The notes beneath the pieces were generated by a model that saw only the letters and a program-made list of their open reading frames with translations, was not told where the DNA came from and searched no databases. From an uncultured bacterium (lineage in GTDB: Bacteria; Hydrothermota; UBA3072), in the NCBI GenBank assembly GCA_964606065.1, contig CAZSEX010000001.1, positions 112,429 through 176,428 on the forward strand: a stretch of DNA of 64,000 nt, written 5' to 3'. A program made the translations under genes and the position numbers. This document shows, in pieces, positions 8,818 to 18,546 of this stretch; position 1 is the first letter of the stretch, and each line of letters opens with the position of its first letter.

Positions 8818-9808
8818 TAAATTAAAAATAGGTCTGGCAGGGGCGGGAGCAGTAGCGCAGATTGGTTATTTACCGGTAATTGTAGAGAGAGAAGATCTCG
8901 TTCTCGAAGCTGTCTGTGAATCGAATAGTGAAAAAGTGGATATTATTTCCAGGATGTATAAAACAGAAAAGATATTCACAGATTACGAAAAAATGCTGCA
9001 GGATTCGGAGATAGACACGGTAATCATTGCTACTCCTAATTATCTGCATACGCCCATGGCTATTTCCGCGCTCGAATACGGGAAAAATGTTCTGTGTGAA
9101 ATGCCTCTCGGTCTCGATGCTAAAGAAGTGAAAAACCTGGGAGAAATTGTAGATTCTTCCGGTTTAATCTTAATGCCCGCTTTCAACGGGAGGTTTAGAC
9201 CCGATGTTGGGATATTGAAGGACCTTGTTTTCAACGGAGAATTAGGTAAACTTTCTTTTGCCAAGGCGGGATGGTTGAAATCGTTGCATGAAGAACATCT
9301 CGATGGGTGGAGAAAGGATCCTTTGAAATCGGGAGGGGGAGCTATTATGACCCTGGGAGTGCAAATTCTCGGCTATGTTACTCATCTTTTTGGCGCCAAT
9401 GTTTCCTCGGTTGTCGCGGGATTTCATACTACCGATAAAATTGAGGATTCCGGAATAATGTTTTTGCGCTACAAAGACGGTAAATATCTTTTGCTTGAAG
9501 TTGGGTGGACTCTGCTTTTTGAAAAAGATTTCACTTATTTCAATCTTTATGGAACCGATGGAGTAGGACTTTTAAATCCTCTTAAGATAAAAAAATTGGA
9601 GAACAAAAGGGTTAAAGATATTACTCCCATCAATGTTCCCAAGCACCCGGTCAAAGATTCGTACCATGGTCTCATAGATTGTTTTGTGAAGGCTATCCGA
9701 GAAAAGCATCTAAAAGAGAATACCTGGAAAGACGCTTACAAAATTGCCAAAATAATAGATGCTGCTTACAGATCGGCAGAGGAGAAGAAAGAAATTCACC
9801 TCGATTGA
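8810..9808 (+). CDS. Gfo/Idh/MocA family oxidoreductase (second copy)
   Basis: IGLAGAGAVAQIGYLPV Rossmann motif ... ATPNYLHTPMAISALEYGKNVLCEMP. Confidence 0.7.
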   Translation: MDNKLKIGLAGAGAVAQIGYLPVIVEREDLVLEAVCESNSEKVDIISRMYKTEKIFTDYEKMLQDSEIDTVIIATPNYLHTPMAISALEYGKNVLCEMPLGLDAKEVKNLGEIVDSSGLILMPAFNGRFRPDVGILKDLVFNGELGKLSFAKAGWLKSLHEEHLDGWRKDPLKSGGGAIMTLGVQILGYVTHLFGANVSSVVAGFHTTDKIEDSGIMFLRYKDGKYLLLEVGWTLLFEKDFTYFNLYGTDGVGLLNPLKIKKLENKRVKDITPINVPKHPVKDSYHGLIDCFVKAIREKHLKENTWKDAYKIAKIIDAAYRSAEEKKEIHLD

Positions 9809-9823
9809 GGGTTTTTCTTTACA

Positions 9824-11371
9824 ATGTTGAATTTTATCAAGTGTTTTAAGAATCCTGTTTACAATTATATCCTGCCTGTTTTTGGAGGAATTTGTTTGAC
9901 TCTTTCATTTCCTCCTTTTAATTTTTCCATCCTTGCCTGGATTTCTTTTATCCCTCTGTTTTATTCCCTTCGAGACGGTAAACATAACTTTTTAAAAGGT
10001 TTTATAATGGGTTTTGCTTTTTTTTCTACGCTTATCTACTGGATTCCTTTATCGGATGTAGAAAATACTGTTGTCCCTCAAGTTATTCTCGGGTCTTTTG
10101 TTTTGATGATATATCTTTCTTCTTTTTTCGGTCTTTCGGGTTTTTTATATAACAAATCAAATAAAAGAGGTATTGTGTATTTGTTCCCGATCGTTTTCTC
10201 AGGGCTGGAGTTCCTTCGAAGCCTTTCCTCGGTCTGGGGTTTTACCTGGGGATCGGTTGGTTTTTCTCAGAGCGGCTTAATTCATCTCGTACAGTTCGCC
10301 TCTATTGGAGGTTTGCCACTTGTTACTTTATGGGTTATTTATTTAAACATTTTTATATATTTGTTTTTTAGAAGTTTGAACGAAAAAAGGAAATACCGAA
10401 TGATTTATCTGTTTCTGTTTATTTCTTTTCTTGGAATTCCCTTGTTGTATTCCTGGCAAGTACTTCGAAAAGATATATCGACCGACGAATACGGAACGGT
10501 AGGAGTAATACAACCGAATGTACTGCCGACCAATAAAAGAGAGGGTGGTTTTGAAAGATTACTCAGGATAAAAAATATTATTGAAGAAGCACCTCCTGCC
10601 GATTTATATGTTTTGCCGGAAACAGCATCCCCTTTTTCTGTTTCAAATGACTACGAAACGGAACTTTTTTTTAAGGCCCTTGCGAGGAAAAAAAATGCAC
10701 CTATTATTACGGGAACTCTTGATTATAGAAGAAAAGAAGGGAAAATTATGTATTACAACGCGGCAGCGGTAGTTGATTCGTCCAGTATAAAAGGTATTTA
10801 TAGGAAAGTATATCTCCTTCCCTTTGTAGAGCGTCTGCCTTTCGATGACGTAATCCCGGTTTTGAAGAGAGTTAATCTGGGACAGGGGCAGTATACACCG
10901 GGTGGAGATTTTACGGTTTTTAAAATCGGGGATTTTAAATTTTCCGTTTATATCTGCTATGAAGGTATTTTCCCACAGCTTCTGAGAAAGTTTGTGGAAA
11001 ACGGAGCTGAAGTGCTTGTTAATATTACCGAAGATGGTTGGTTTGGTAGAACCAGCGGTCCTTACCAGCATGCTCAAATGGCGGCTTTTCAATCGATTAT
11101 ATTCAGAAGGGCGGTTGTGAGGTCCGCCAATACCGGTGTCTCTTTCATCTCGGATCCTTACGGTAGGATTTTAAAGAAAACCCGGATTTTTACCGCGGAT
11201 TATATTGTGTGTGAGGTACCTCTTTTGAAATGCCAAACGGTTTACGCGAAAATCGGGAATATTTTTGGATGGGTTTTTTTTCTGGTTGTTTTATTGGTTT
11301 GGGCTGCAGAACCTGCCAAGAAATTTTTTACAAGGAAAAACCGGAAAGATACAAAGGATGTAACTATATAA
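9824..11371 (+). CDS. lnt: Apolipoprotein N-acyltransferase
   Basis: N-terminal multi-TM region plus C-terminal CN-hydrolase domain (LPETASPFSV, YRKVYLLPFVERLPF, ICYEGIFPQ). Confidence 0.85.
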   Translation: MLNFIKCFKNPVYNYILPVFGGICLTLSFPPFNFSILAWISFIPLFYSLRDGKHNFLKGFIMGFAFFSTLIYWIPLSDVENTVVPQVILGSFVLMIYLSSFFGLSGFLYNKSNKRGIVYLFPIVFSGLEFLRSLSSVWGFTWGSVGFSQSGLIHLVQFASIGGLPLVTLWVIYLNIFIYLFFRSLNEKRKYRMIYLFLFISFLGIPLLYSWQVLRKDISTDEYGTVGVIQPNVLPTNKREGGFERLLRIKNIIEEAPPADLYVLPETASPFSVSNDYETELFFKALARKKNAPIITGTLDYRRKEGKIMYYNAAAVVDSSSIKGIYRKVYLLPFVERLPFDDVIPVLKRVNLGQGQYTPGGDFTVFKIGDFKFSVYICYEGIFPQLLRKFVENGAEVLVNITEDGWFGRTSGPYQHAQMAAFQSIIFRRAVVRSANTGVSFISDPYGRILKKTRIFTADYIVCEVPLLKCQTVYAKIGNIFGWVFFLVVLLVWAAEPAKKFFTRKNRKDTKDVTI

Positions 11372-11433
11372 ATGAACAATAAAAGTATTAATTATAAACA
11401 ATTGAAAACTTTGTGTTCTTTGGTGGGGACAAA

Positions 11434-12804
11434 ATGATAAGAAAACAGAATTTCGAGAGTCTTCTCCGTAAAATCAAGCCTTTAGAAAAGATAAAAAAAT
11501 ACGCTGATAAAGCTAATAAAAAAGTTTATCTCGTGGGAGGAATGCTAAGGGACCTTCTGCTTGGTTTTGAAGTTGATGATATCGACATCGCGATAAGCGG
11601 TAAAGGTAAAGATTTCGCGAAGGCGCTCGGCAAATATTTCCGTTTAAAAAAGGATTTGAATGAGTTTAGAGTAACCAATCAGGATCTGAATATAGATGTG
11701 TTGGGTCTTGGCTCTACCGAGATTTTAGATGACCTCGGGAGGAGAGATTTTACCATAAACGCCATGGCATATAATCTTCTCGACAAACGTTTTATAGACC
11801 CCTTTAATGGTGTTAAAGATCTTGAGAACGGTATTATTAGGGCGGTGAGCAGAAGAAGTATAATGGAAGACAGTTGTAGAATTCTCAGGGGTTTGCGTTT
11901 CAGGGCTTATCTGGGTTTCCAGATCGAGGAAAACACCGCGAATTTATTTAAAGAGTATTCGGATAAGCTCTCCGAAGTTTCCCCTGAAAGGATACATTTT
12001 GAACTGACCGCATTATTTGGCGCCGACAAGACCCATCTGGCTATAGTTCCCGAAATTTTTGATAAAATATTTTCCGGGTTTTTAAAAATGAAAGAAATTA
12101 AAGGGGGAAAAATTACTGACAATCTTTTAGAACATTCGATACTTACTCTTGAAAAAATGGAAACCCTTTCTGAAGACTTCTCTATTTTTGGTTTCCACAA
12201 AAAGAAAATAGAAGCTTATTATTCGGGAAACAAGATGGGTCTTAAAATGTCTGCCCTGCTACATGATATAAAAAAGCCCGATGCTATGGAAATAAATGGG
12301 GACGAGGTTCATTTTTACGGACATGATAAAATGGCTTCTGATTGGTTTAAAAGAATCGGAAAAGTACTGAAGTTTTCCACCGAGGAGAGAGATTATATTT
12401 CTAAGTTAATTTTGCATCATATGTGGATTCATCTGCTTGCCGCCCAGGAGGAAATAACCGAGAGGGCAAAGAGAAGATTATGTTTTGAGTTGGGTTCAGA
12501 TGTGATAGGTTTATCTTTGCTTTCGATCGCAGATCAGGCGGCCACAACAGGGAAAATAGACCCCCATTTGGTTGAAGTTTGTAAGAGAATTATTGATTAT
12601 TATTTTTCGATGAAGGATGAAGTAACAGAACCTTTACTTAGAGGTAGAGATATTATTGAAAACTTTAATTTAAGACCGGGGCCGTTGTTTGGGGAGATTT
12701 TAAGTAAAGTACAAATGGCTTACGAAGAGGGAGAAATTAAAACAAAACAAGAAGCTCTTGAATTTGTCAGGAAATACCTTGAAGGTCTTGACATAAGAGA
12801 ATGA
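11434..12804 (+). CDS. cca: tRNA nucleotidyltransferase (CCA-adding) / poly(A) polymerase family protein with HD domain
   Basis: Head domain LVGGMLRDLLLG...DDIDIA, RDFTINAMAY. HD motif LLHDIKKP. Start ATG 11434 preceded by GGTGGGGA; ATG 11413 is also possible. Confidence 0.8.
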   Translation: MIRKQNFESLLRKIKPLEKIKKYADKANKKVYLVGGMLRDLLLGFEVDDIDIAISGKGKDFAKALGKYFRLKKDLNEFRVTNQDLNIDVLGLGSTEILDDLGRRDFTINAMAYNLLDKRFIDPFNGVKDLENGIIRAVSRRSIMEDSCRILRGLRFRAYLGFQIEENTANLFKEYSDKLSEVSPERIHFELTALFGADKTHLAIVPEIFDKIFSGFLKMKEIKGGKITDNLLEHSILTLEKMETLSEDFSIFGFHKKKIEAYYSGNKMGLKMSALLHDIKKPDAMEINGDEVHFYGHDKMASDWFKRIGKVLKFSTEERDYISKLILHHMWIHLLAAQEEITERAKRRLCFELGSDVIGLSLLSIADQAATTGKIDPHLVEVCKRIIDYYFSMKDEVTEPLLRGRDIIENFNLRPGPLFGEILSKVQMAYEEGEIKTKQEALEFVRKYLEGLDIRE

Positions 12805-12842
12805 AAAAGTATCTTGGAATAAACGAAAGGAGGAACTATCGA

Positions 12843-13322
12843 ATGAAAATCAGGTTTATCGCAGCGACATTTATCCTTGTTTTATTTGTATTTGTTGTTG
12901 GCTGCAAAGAAGAAAACGGATTTACCCCACCCGAAGATGGAATGGTCACAAAAAAAATGGCTGAAAACTATGTTAAAGTTTCTGTTGCTCTCACTGATCT
13001 TGCCGAGAATGAAACAGTGAAACTGGCGGAATTCAAGAAGAAACATGAGATCTCTTCCGGGATGAGCGAACTTAGTGACGAAGAGTATAGAAAAGAAAAT
13101 CCCACAGTTGTAGCTGCGTGGGACTCGGTACTGAAAGAATGGAACAGAAAAAAAGATTCTGTGCACGAGGAGCTCGGTATGTCGGAAGAAGAATGGGATT
13201 GGATAGCAGGGGCTATTATATCGCATAAAAACAAGGAAATGAGAGATTTTATCCGGGAAGAATTTGATAGAAGAAAAGGAGAAGAAGACTCGCTACAGAC
13301 ACAACCCACAGATAGTAACTGA
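12843..13322 (+). CDS. Hypothetical lipoprotein
   Basis: AGGAGG SD, signal peptide MKIRFIAATFILVLFVFVVGC (lipobox Cys). Confidence 0.5.
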   Translation: MKIRFIAATFILVLFVFVVGCKEENGFTPPEDGMVTKKMAENYVKVSVALTDLAENETVKLAEFKKKHEISSGMSELSDEEYRKENPTVVAAWDSVLKEWNRKKDSVHEELGMSEEEWDWIAGAIISHKNKEMRDFIREEFDRRKGEEDSLQTQPTDSN

Positions 13323-14004
13323 ACAGGTAAAGTTCCTTTTTTGTTATTACCCTGTAGAATATCCATAAAGCAAGGAGACCGGAGAGAAAAGCTGCCAGGG
13401 TTCCCGGAAGTAAGTTTAAAAAATTTTCTGCATTAGTACCAAGAATTTCAGGTATATTAATTATAAAAGCTCCCAGAAGAGCGGGAATAGCGAGGATGAA
13501 TGAAAATTCGAATGCTTTTTCCCTCTTCACTCCTAAAAGCAACGCTGCGGCTACTGTGAATCCCGACCGTGAAATTCCGGGAGTCAAGGCCAGAGCCTGA
13601 GCGATTCCTATAATAAAAGCGGTTTTTAAATCAACCTCAGATTTGTTCTCTCTTGCCCTCCTGCTTATAAAAAGCATCACACCGGTTACAGAGAAAGTAA
13701 AAGTTACAAGCAGATAATTGTTAAACAGCATTTCCATTTCGTCTTTAAAAATCACACCCAGAATAGCAATAGGTATAGTTCCTACTATGACCGCGAGTAT
13801 TTTTTCTTTTTTAGCGTAATCCCGGATTCTCTTTCGGAAAAATATAATTATCGCTAACAAAGTCGCGAAATGCAGAGTGACTTCCATTACTATGCCTTCG
13901 CCTTTGAAGCCGAGCCAGTATTTTAAGATAACCAGATGACCCGAACTGGATATGGGAAGAAACTCGGTTAACCCCTGGATGATTCCTAAGAATAATTGTT
14001 TCAT
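13249..14004 (-). CDS. uppP: Undecaprenyl-diphosphatase
   Basis: GIIQGLTEFLPISSSGHL and GISRSG motifs, polytopic. Confidence 0.9.
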   Translation of the reverse strand: MKQLFLGIIQGLTEFLPISSSGHLVILKYWLGFKGEGIVMEVTLHFATLLAIIIFFRKRIRDYAKKEKILAVIVGTIPIAILGVIFKDEMEMLFNNYLLVTFTFSVTGVMLFISRRARENKSEVDLKTAFIIGIAQALALTPGISRSGFTVAAALLLGVKREKAFEFSFILAIPALLGAFIINIPEILGTNAENFLNLLPGTLAAFLSGLLALWIFYRVITKKELYLFSYYLWVVSVASLLLLFFYQILPG

Positions 14005-14816
14005 TAATATTTGCTTAGAATAAGCGAGATAATACCGGGTATGATTAAACTTTTTAGTATTCTCTGTGTATTGCTGAACCAGACAGGAGTAGATCTCGCC
14101 CTTTTAATCATTATAAGGACAGGTAATACGATCCCGGAAATGGCGCAAGCTGCGAAAAGTTTGCCGAATATAAAAGAACTAAAAATTATCCATAAAATCA
14201 GAATCCACAATATAAAAACCACTAATTGACGGGTACGTCTTATCCCGAAGGCGACAGGGAAAGTTCGCAATCCCGCCTTTCTATCCCCTATAAGATCTTC
14301 CCCGTCTTTCAGAATTTCTCTCGGTAGACTTATCAAAAAAATCAGGGAAGAGGGCAGTATCGAGTTTTTTAAATTTAGGAAGGCAGCAGAGGCTAAAGCT
14401 CCGACTATTATGGTAAGAGAAAGCAATAAAGATACGGCTATATTTCCGATTAGAGGAAGCCTCTTAAGAAAGGGAGTGTATATAACAAGAGTAAATGTAG
14501 CCGCAAGACCGATTTTCAATAGATTAAAATCTATGATAGTCAGTAAAATGTTTCCTATAACAAAAAGAGAGCCTGAAATCAGTAACGCTTGTTTTTTATT
14601 AAGTTTTCCGGCCGGTATTAACCTCTCCGGTCTATTTACTTCATCTGTTTGAATGTCATAATAATCGTTTATCAGGTTTCCGGCTATGGTAATAATTACG
14701 ACTGCTAAAGCGGCAAGATAGACGTGAATCCCGATTAAAGCCGGGGTAAGAAAACCTCCCAGAATCACAACTCCCCCGGCGGTTAATGCGTTTAAAATTC
14801 TCATTTCTTTAGCCAC
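14004..14816 (-). CDS. UbiA-family prenyltransferase
   Basis: NLINDYYDIQTDEVNRP (NDxxDxxxD) and multiple TM helices. Confidence 0.75.
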   Translation of the reverse strand: MAKEMRILNALTAGGVVILGGFLTPALIGIHVYLAALAVVIITIAGNLINDYYDIQTDEVNRPERLIPAGKLNKKQALLISGSLFVIGNILLTIIDFNLLKIGLAATFTLVIYTPFLKRLPLIGNIAVSLLLSLTIIVGALASAAFLNLKNSILPSSLIFLISLPREILKDGEDLIGDRKAGLRTFPVAFGIRRTRQLVVFILWILILWIIFSSFIFGKLFAACAISGIVLPVLIMIKRARSTPVWFSNTQRILKSLIIPGIISLILSKY

Positions 14817-14887
14817 GCTCTGCTTTTACTTGCCCTATTAAGGGGTGAATAATATCTCTGTGCCCCGTGTTTATTGTTTTTCAATTC

Positions 14888-16882
14888 TTATGATACTTTC
14901 GAGCCTGCAGGGACATCTTCGTCGGGGCTGATAATCGAAATTTTATCGCCGCTGCTCGCGGCGAGAAGCATCCCTTCTGATTTAACTCCCCTTATTGTAG
15001 CAGGTTCTAAATTTGTTGTAACCACTATTCTCTTATTTATCAATTCTTCAGGAGAGTACTGCTGTTTTATTCCTGCTACTATGACGCGTTTTTCTCCTGT
15101 GTCGACGGTAAGTTTGTAAAGCTTGTCTGCTCCCTCAATATCTTCGACTTTTTCGATCATTCCTACTTTTAAACCCATCTGTGCGAAATCATCTATTGTA
15201 ACGTGAGTCATTTTTAACCTCCTTAACTGTTTTTCTATGTCATCATCCTCGATTTTTTTGAAAAGCGGTTCGATTTCTCCGATTTTGTGATTTTCGGGTA
15301 TTTCGATTTCCTTAAGGTGCCCCCATTCTTTTTCCTTTAGATTTAATAAAGAAAAAATTTTCTGCGCGCTAAAAGGTATAAAAAGTTTCCCTATTGTACC
15401 CAGCACATGAATTAAGTGAGAGCATAAGTAAATCGTGGTAGCCGTTCGTTCCGGATTTTTTTTTCTGCTTTCCCAGGGTTTCATTCGGTCGTAATACCTG
15501 TTACCAATTGTACTGGTTTCCATTAATAGTCTTATAGCCTTTCTAAAGTTAAATTTCGAAAGAGAATCATCGATTTTATCTATTAAAGAATTTACTTTCG
15601 ATAGTAATTCTTTGTCTTTTCCGGAAAACTCTTCTGGTTTGGGTATTACGCCTTTATTATATTTGCCAATGAATTTGAGCGTCCTGTTTACGAAGTTCCC
15701 CAGATTATTTATAAGCTCCTGGTTAACCCTTTCCTGGAATTCTTTCCACTTGAATTCCGAATCTCTTGTTTCTGGCATTATGCTGCATAAGTAATATCTC
15801 AGGAAGTCGGGTTCAAAATCTTCAAGATATTCATGCAACCATATAGCCCAATTTCTGCTTGTGGAAATTTGTCTGCCTTCGAGATTCAAATATTCGTTTG
15901 CCGGTATTTCATCCGGCAGAGTAAATTTTTTCGTACCCATGATTATAGCTGGCCATATTATACCGTGAAAAACAATATTGTCCTTTCCGATAAAATGGAT
16001 CAAAGTTGTTTTCGGATCCTGCCAGTAGTCTTTCCATCTATTCGGTTGTCCTATTTTCTCCGCCCATTCGACTGTTGAAGATATGTATCCGAGGGGTGCA
16101 TCGAACCATACATAGAGGACTTTATCCTTTGGAGCCTCATCCAGGGGGACCGGTACACCCCAATTCAGGTCTCTTGTTATGGCTCGAGGACGAAGTCCCT
16201 CACTAAGCCAGCCTTTGAGGTAACTCTTTACCGTTTTTCTCCAGTTCTTTTTTTCTATCCAATCTTCCAATTGGTCCTGAAATTTATCGAGAAGAAGATA
16301 CCAGTGTCTGGTTTCTTTTTTTATAGGTTTACTCCCGCATAATTTACATCTTGGATTTATCAGTTGATCCGCTTCCAGCCAGCTGCCGCATGAATCGCAG
16401 GAATCGCCCCTTGCTTCCTCAAATCCGCAGTAGGGACAGGTTCCTTCTACGTATCTGTCGGGAAGAAATTTCTTGCAATTTTCACAGTAAAATTCTTTGC
16501 TTGTTTTTGCTTCTATATAGCTATTTTCGTATAATTCGAGAAAAATTTTTTGAGATAAATCATGATGGATTTTTCTTGAAGTTCCCGAGAAATTGTCAAA
16601 TTGGATTCCCATGTTATTCAGTGATTCTTTTATAATTTTATGATAACGATTTACCAATTCTTGTGGAGCAATTCCTTCCTTTTCCGCGGAAATGGTTATA
16701 GGTACTCCGTTTTCGTCCGTTCCGCAGATATAAATTACATCTTCTTTTTTTTCCCTTAAAAAACGGGTATAAATATCCGCGGGAAGGTAAACGCCGGCGA
16801 GGTGTCCTATGTGTACCGGTCCGTTCGCATAAGGTAAGGCTCCTGTTACTATTATTTTCCTTTTTTCTTTACTCTGATCCAA
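14888..16882 (-). CDS. metG: Methionine--tRNA ligase with C-terminal tRNA-binding domain
   Basis: PYANGPVHIGHLAGVYLPADIYTRF (HIGH), Zn knuckles CPYCG...CDSCG, C-terminal EMAP-like LKVGMIEKVEDIEGADKLYKLTVDTG. Confidence 0.95.
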   Translation of the reverse strand: MDQSKEKRKIIVTGALPYANGPVHIGHLAGVYLPADIYTRFLREKKEDVIYICGTDENGVPITISAEKEGIAPQELVNRYHKIIKESLNNMGIQFDNFSGTSRKIHHDLSQKIFLELYENSYIEAKTSKEFYCENCKKFLPDRYVEGTCPYCGFEEARGDSCDSCGSWLEADQLINPRCKLCGSKPIKKETRHWYLLLDKFQDQLEDWIEKKNWRKTVKSYLKGWLSEGLRPRAITRDLNWGVPVPLDEAPKDKVLYVWFDAPLGYISSTVEWAEKIGQPNRWKDYWQDPKTTLIHFIGKDNIVFHGIIWPAIIMGTKKFTLPDEIPANEYLNLEGRQISTSRNWAIWLHEYLEDFEPDFLRYYLCSIMPETRDSEFKWKEFQERVNQELINNLGNFVNRTLKFIGKYNKGVIPKPEEFSGKDKELLSKVNSLIDKIDDSLSKFNFRKAIRLLMETSTIGNRYYDRMKPWESRKKNPERTATTIYLCSHLIHVLGTIGKLFIPFSAQKIFSLLNLKEKEWGHLKEIEIPENHKIGEIEPLFKKIEDDDIEKQLRRLKMTHVTIDDFAQMGLKVGMIEKVEDIEGADKLYKLTVDTGEKRVIVAGIKQQYSPEELINKRIVVTTNLEPATIRGVKSEGMLLAASSGDKISIISPDEDVPAGSKVS

Positions 16883-17655
16883 GAATTACCTTTTCTTTTG
16901 ATTTCCTCAAAAGAGATTTCTTCCTGTGTTTCATCTGGGTTTGAAACGGTTACGATACCTGTCAACATATTTCTATGAAGAACCTGACTGTTTCCTTTAT
17001 CCGTTTTTATTACCTCGTTTCTTTCAGGGAAATTTTTACTAATTTCCCTGTAAAAATCATGTTCGTACTGCAAACAGCAGAGCAATCTTCCGCATAGACC
17101 GGAAATTTTCGAAGGGCTGATGTAAATATCCTGTTCTCTCGCCGCCTCGAGTTTTACTCTTGGTTTTTCAGAAAGAAAAGTATTGCAGCAAAGAGGCTTT
17201 CCGCATAACCCCAATCCGCCTAAAAATCCGGCATAATCTCTGACTCCAATGTGACGCAATTCAATTATACAGTTAAACTTACTTTTTAAGTCCTTAACAA
17301 GTTCTCTGAAGTCTATTCTCTTGTCTGCAAGGAAATAGAATTTATATCTTTTACCATCCCATTCCTTATTGGTTCCCACCACTTTCATGTCAAGCTTATG
17401 TTCCTTTACTCTTTTTTTGCAGAAATCGAGCGCCTTTTCTTCGTCTTTTAAAATTTGATTTAATTTCTCTTTTTCGCTGTCATAAATGAGGTGAAGTACT
17501 TTTCCTTCCGGTTCCAGTTTATGACGTATTTCATCTCCAGCTTTTCCCGCGAAACGTTCGTTTTTTATTTCGCAAAGGATGTACTCTCCTTTTTTGAGTG
17601 TAAACTCGGATTCCATGGGATATTTTATGCCGTGAAATCGTACAAAATACAACAT
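16852..17655 (-). CDS. PSP1 C-terminal domain protein (YaaT/RicT-like)
   Basis: GLCGRLLCCLQYE motif. Directly downstream of holB, as in Bacillus holB-yaaT. Confidence 0.8.
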   Translation of the reverse strand: MLYFVRFHGIKYPMESEFTLKKGEYILCEIKNERFAGKAGDEIRHKLEPEGKVLHLIYDSEKEKLNQILKDEEKALDFCKKRVKEHKLDMKVVGTNKEWDGKRYKFYFLADKRIDFRELVKDLKSKFNCIIELRHIGVRDYAGFLGGLGLCGKPLCCNTFLSEKPRVKLEAAREQDIYISPSKISGLCGRLLCCLQYEHDFYREISKNFPERNEVIKTDKGNSQVLHRNMLTGIVTVSNPDETQEEISFEEIKRKGNSWIRVKKKGK

Positions 17656-18542
17656 CAGAAATTTAACAAAAGGTAAAAGATTATTTTTTCTGCGTTAATA
17701 TTCGAGTAGTAGTACCTGTATGAATTTTTCAAAAAACCGAGTGCACTCCAGGCTCTATTAAATGGGATTTCATTATTTTTGTATTTGTCTTCGATTTTTT
17801 TCTGTAAATATTGTAATAGAAATTCTATTTTCCATTCTTTTTTTATTATCTGGGACCAGTTATATAGACGTAATTTCGGGGGTAGAGAAAAAAATATTTT
17901 TTCTAATTTTTCTTCTAATTCCTTTTGGGAGTTCAAAAACAGGGTTTCCTCGATTCCTCTTCCGAAGCGTTCAAGGGATTCGTTTCTGAAAATTTCCTTC
18001 TGCAGCTCGACAGTTAAAGGGCTAAATCTTACCAGCTGGCTTCGGGATAAGATTGTTTCAGGCAGAAGTTTTTTTTCTGTAGTTATAAGAATAAAAATGA
18101 CTTTCGACGGCGGTTCTTCGAGAATTTTCAAAAAAGCATTAAATCCTTCGTTTGTTATCCTGTCGGATTGGACAATTATAACGATTTTCCATTCGTTTTC
18201 CATTGGAGTAACGTATGTATAATCCTGCAATTTCCTTACCGTATCGATTGATATACTGCCTTTTTTCTGTCTGATTTTATAATATTCTTTATTTCTTCTC
18301 ATATTCATTATTTCTTTTTTTTCAAAATCTTCAAATTCGGGAAGTACGACTAAAAGATCCGGGTGAGTATCTTTGAATACTTTATTTTTATCTTTAAGTA
18401 TTTCTGCCGAAAAATTCAATGCCATGGATAGTTTTCCTACCCCGGGAGGTCCATAAAACAGAAAGGTGGATGGAAAATTCCCCTTCTTTAGTATGGAGGA
18501 TAGAATTCTCTTGGGGATTTCCTGACCTTTTATTTCTTCCAT
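17655..18542 (-). CDS. holB: DNA polymerase III subunit delta-prime
   Basis: AAA+ FLFYGPPGVGKLSMALNFSAEIL, small-subunit architecture, synteny with yaaT. Confidence 0.75.
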   Translation of the reverse strand: MEEIKGQEIPKRILSSILKKGNFPSTFLFYGPPGVGKLSMALNFSAEILKDKNKVFKDTHPDLLVVLPEFEDFEKKEIMNMRRNKEYYKIRQKKGSISIDTVRKLQDYTYVTPMENEWKIVIIVQSDRITNEGFNAFLKILEEPPSKVIFILITTEKKLLPETILSRSQLVRFSPLTVELQKEIFRNESLERFGRGIEETLFLNSQKELEEKLEKIFFSLPPKLRLYNWSQIIKKEWKIEFLLQYLQKKIEDKYKNNEIPFNRAWSALGFLKNSYRYYYSNINAEKIIFYLLLNF

Positions 18543-18546
18543 ATAT

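Noticed and set aside
13300-13345. Fourth ECF-type GGAAC promoter (GGAACTTTACC...N18...ATCTG) on the minus strand
   Set aside because: The -10 is ATCTG rather than TCTAA. It lies inside the uppP coding 3' end and would read antisense into a lipoprotein gene, so it is probably a chance match.
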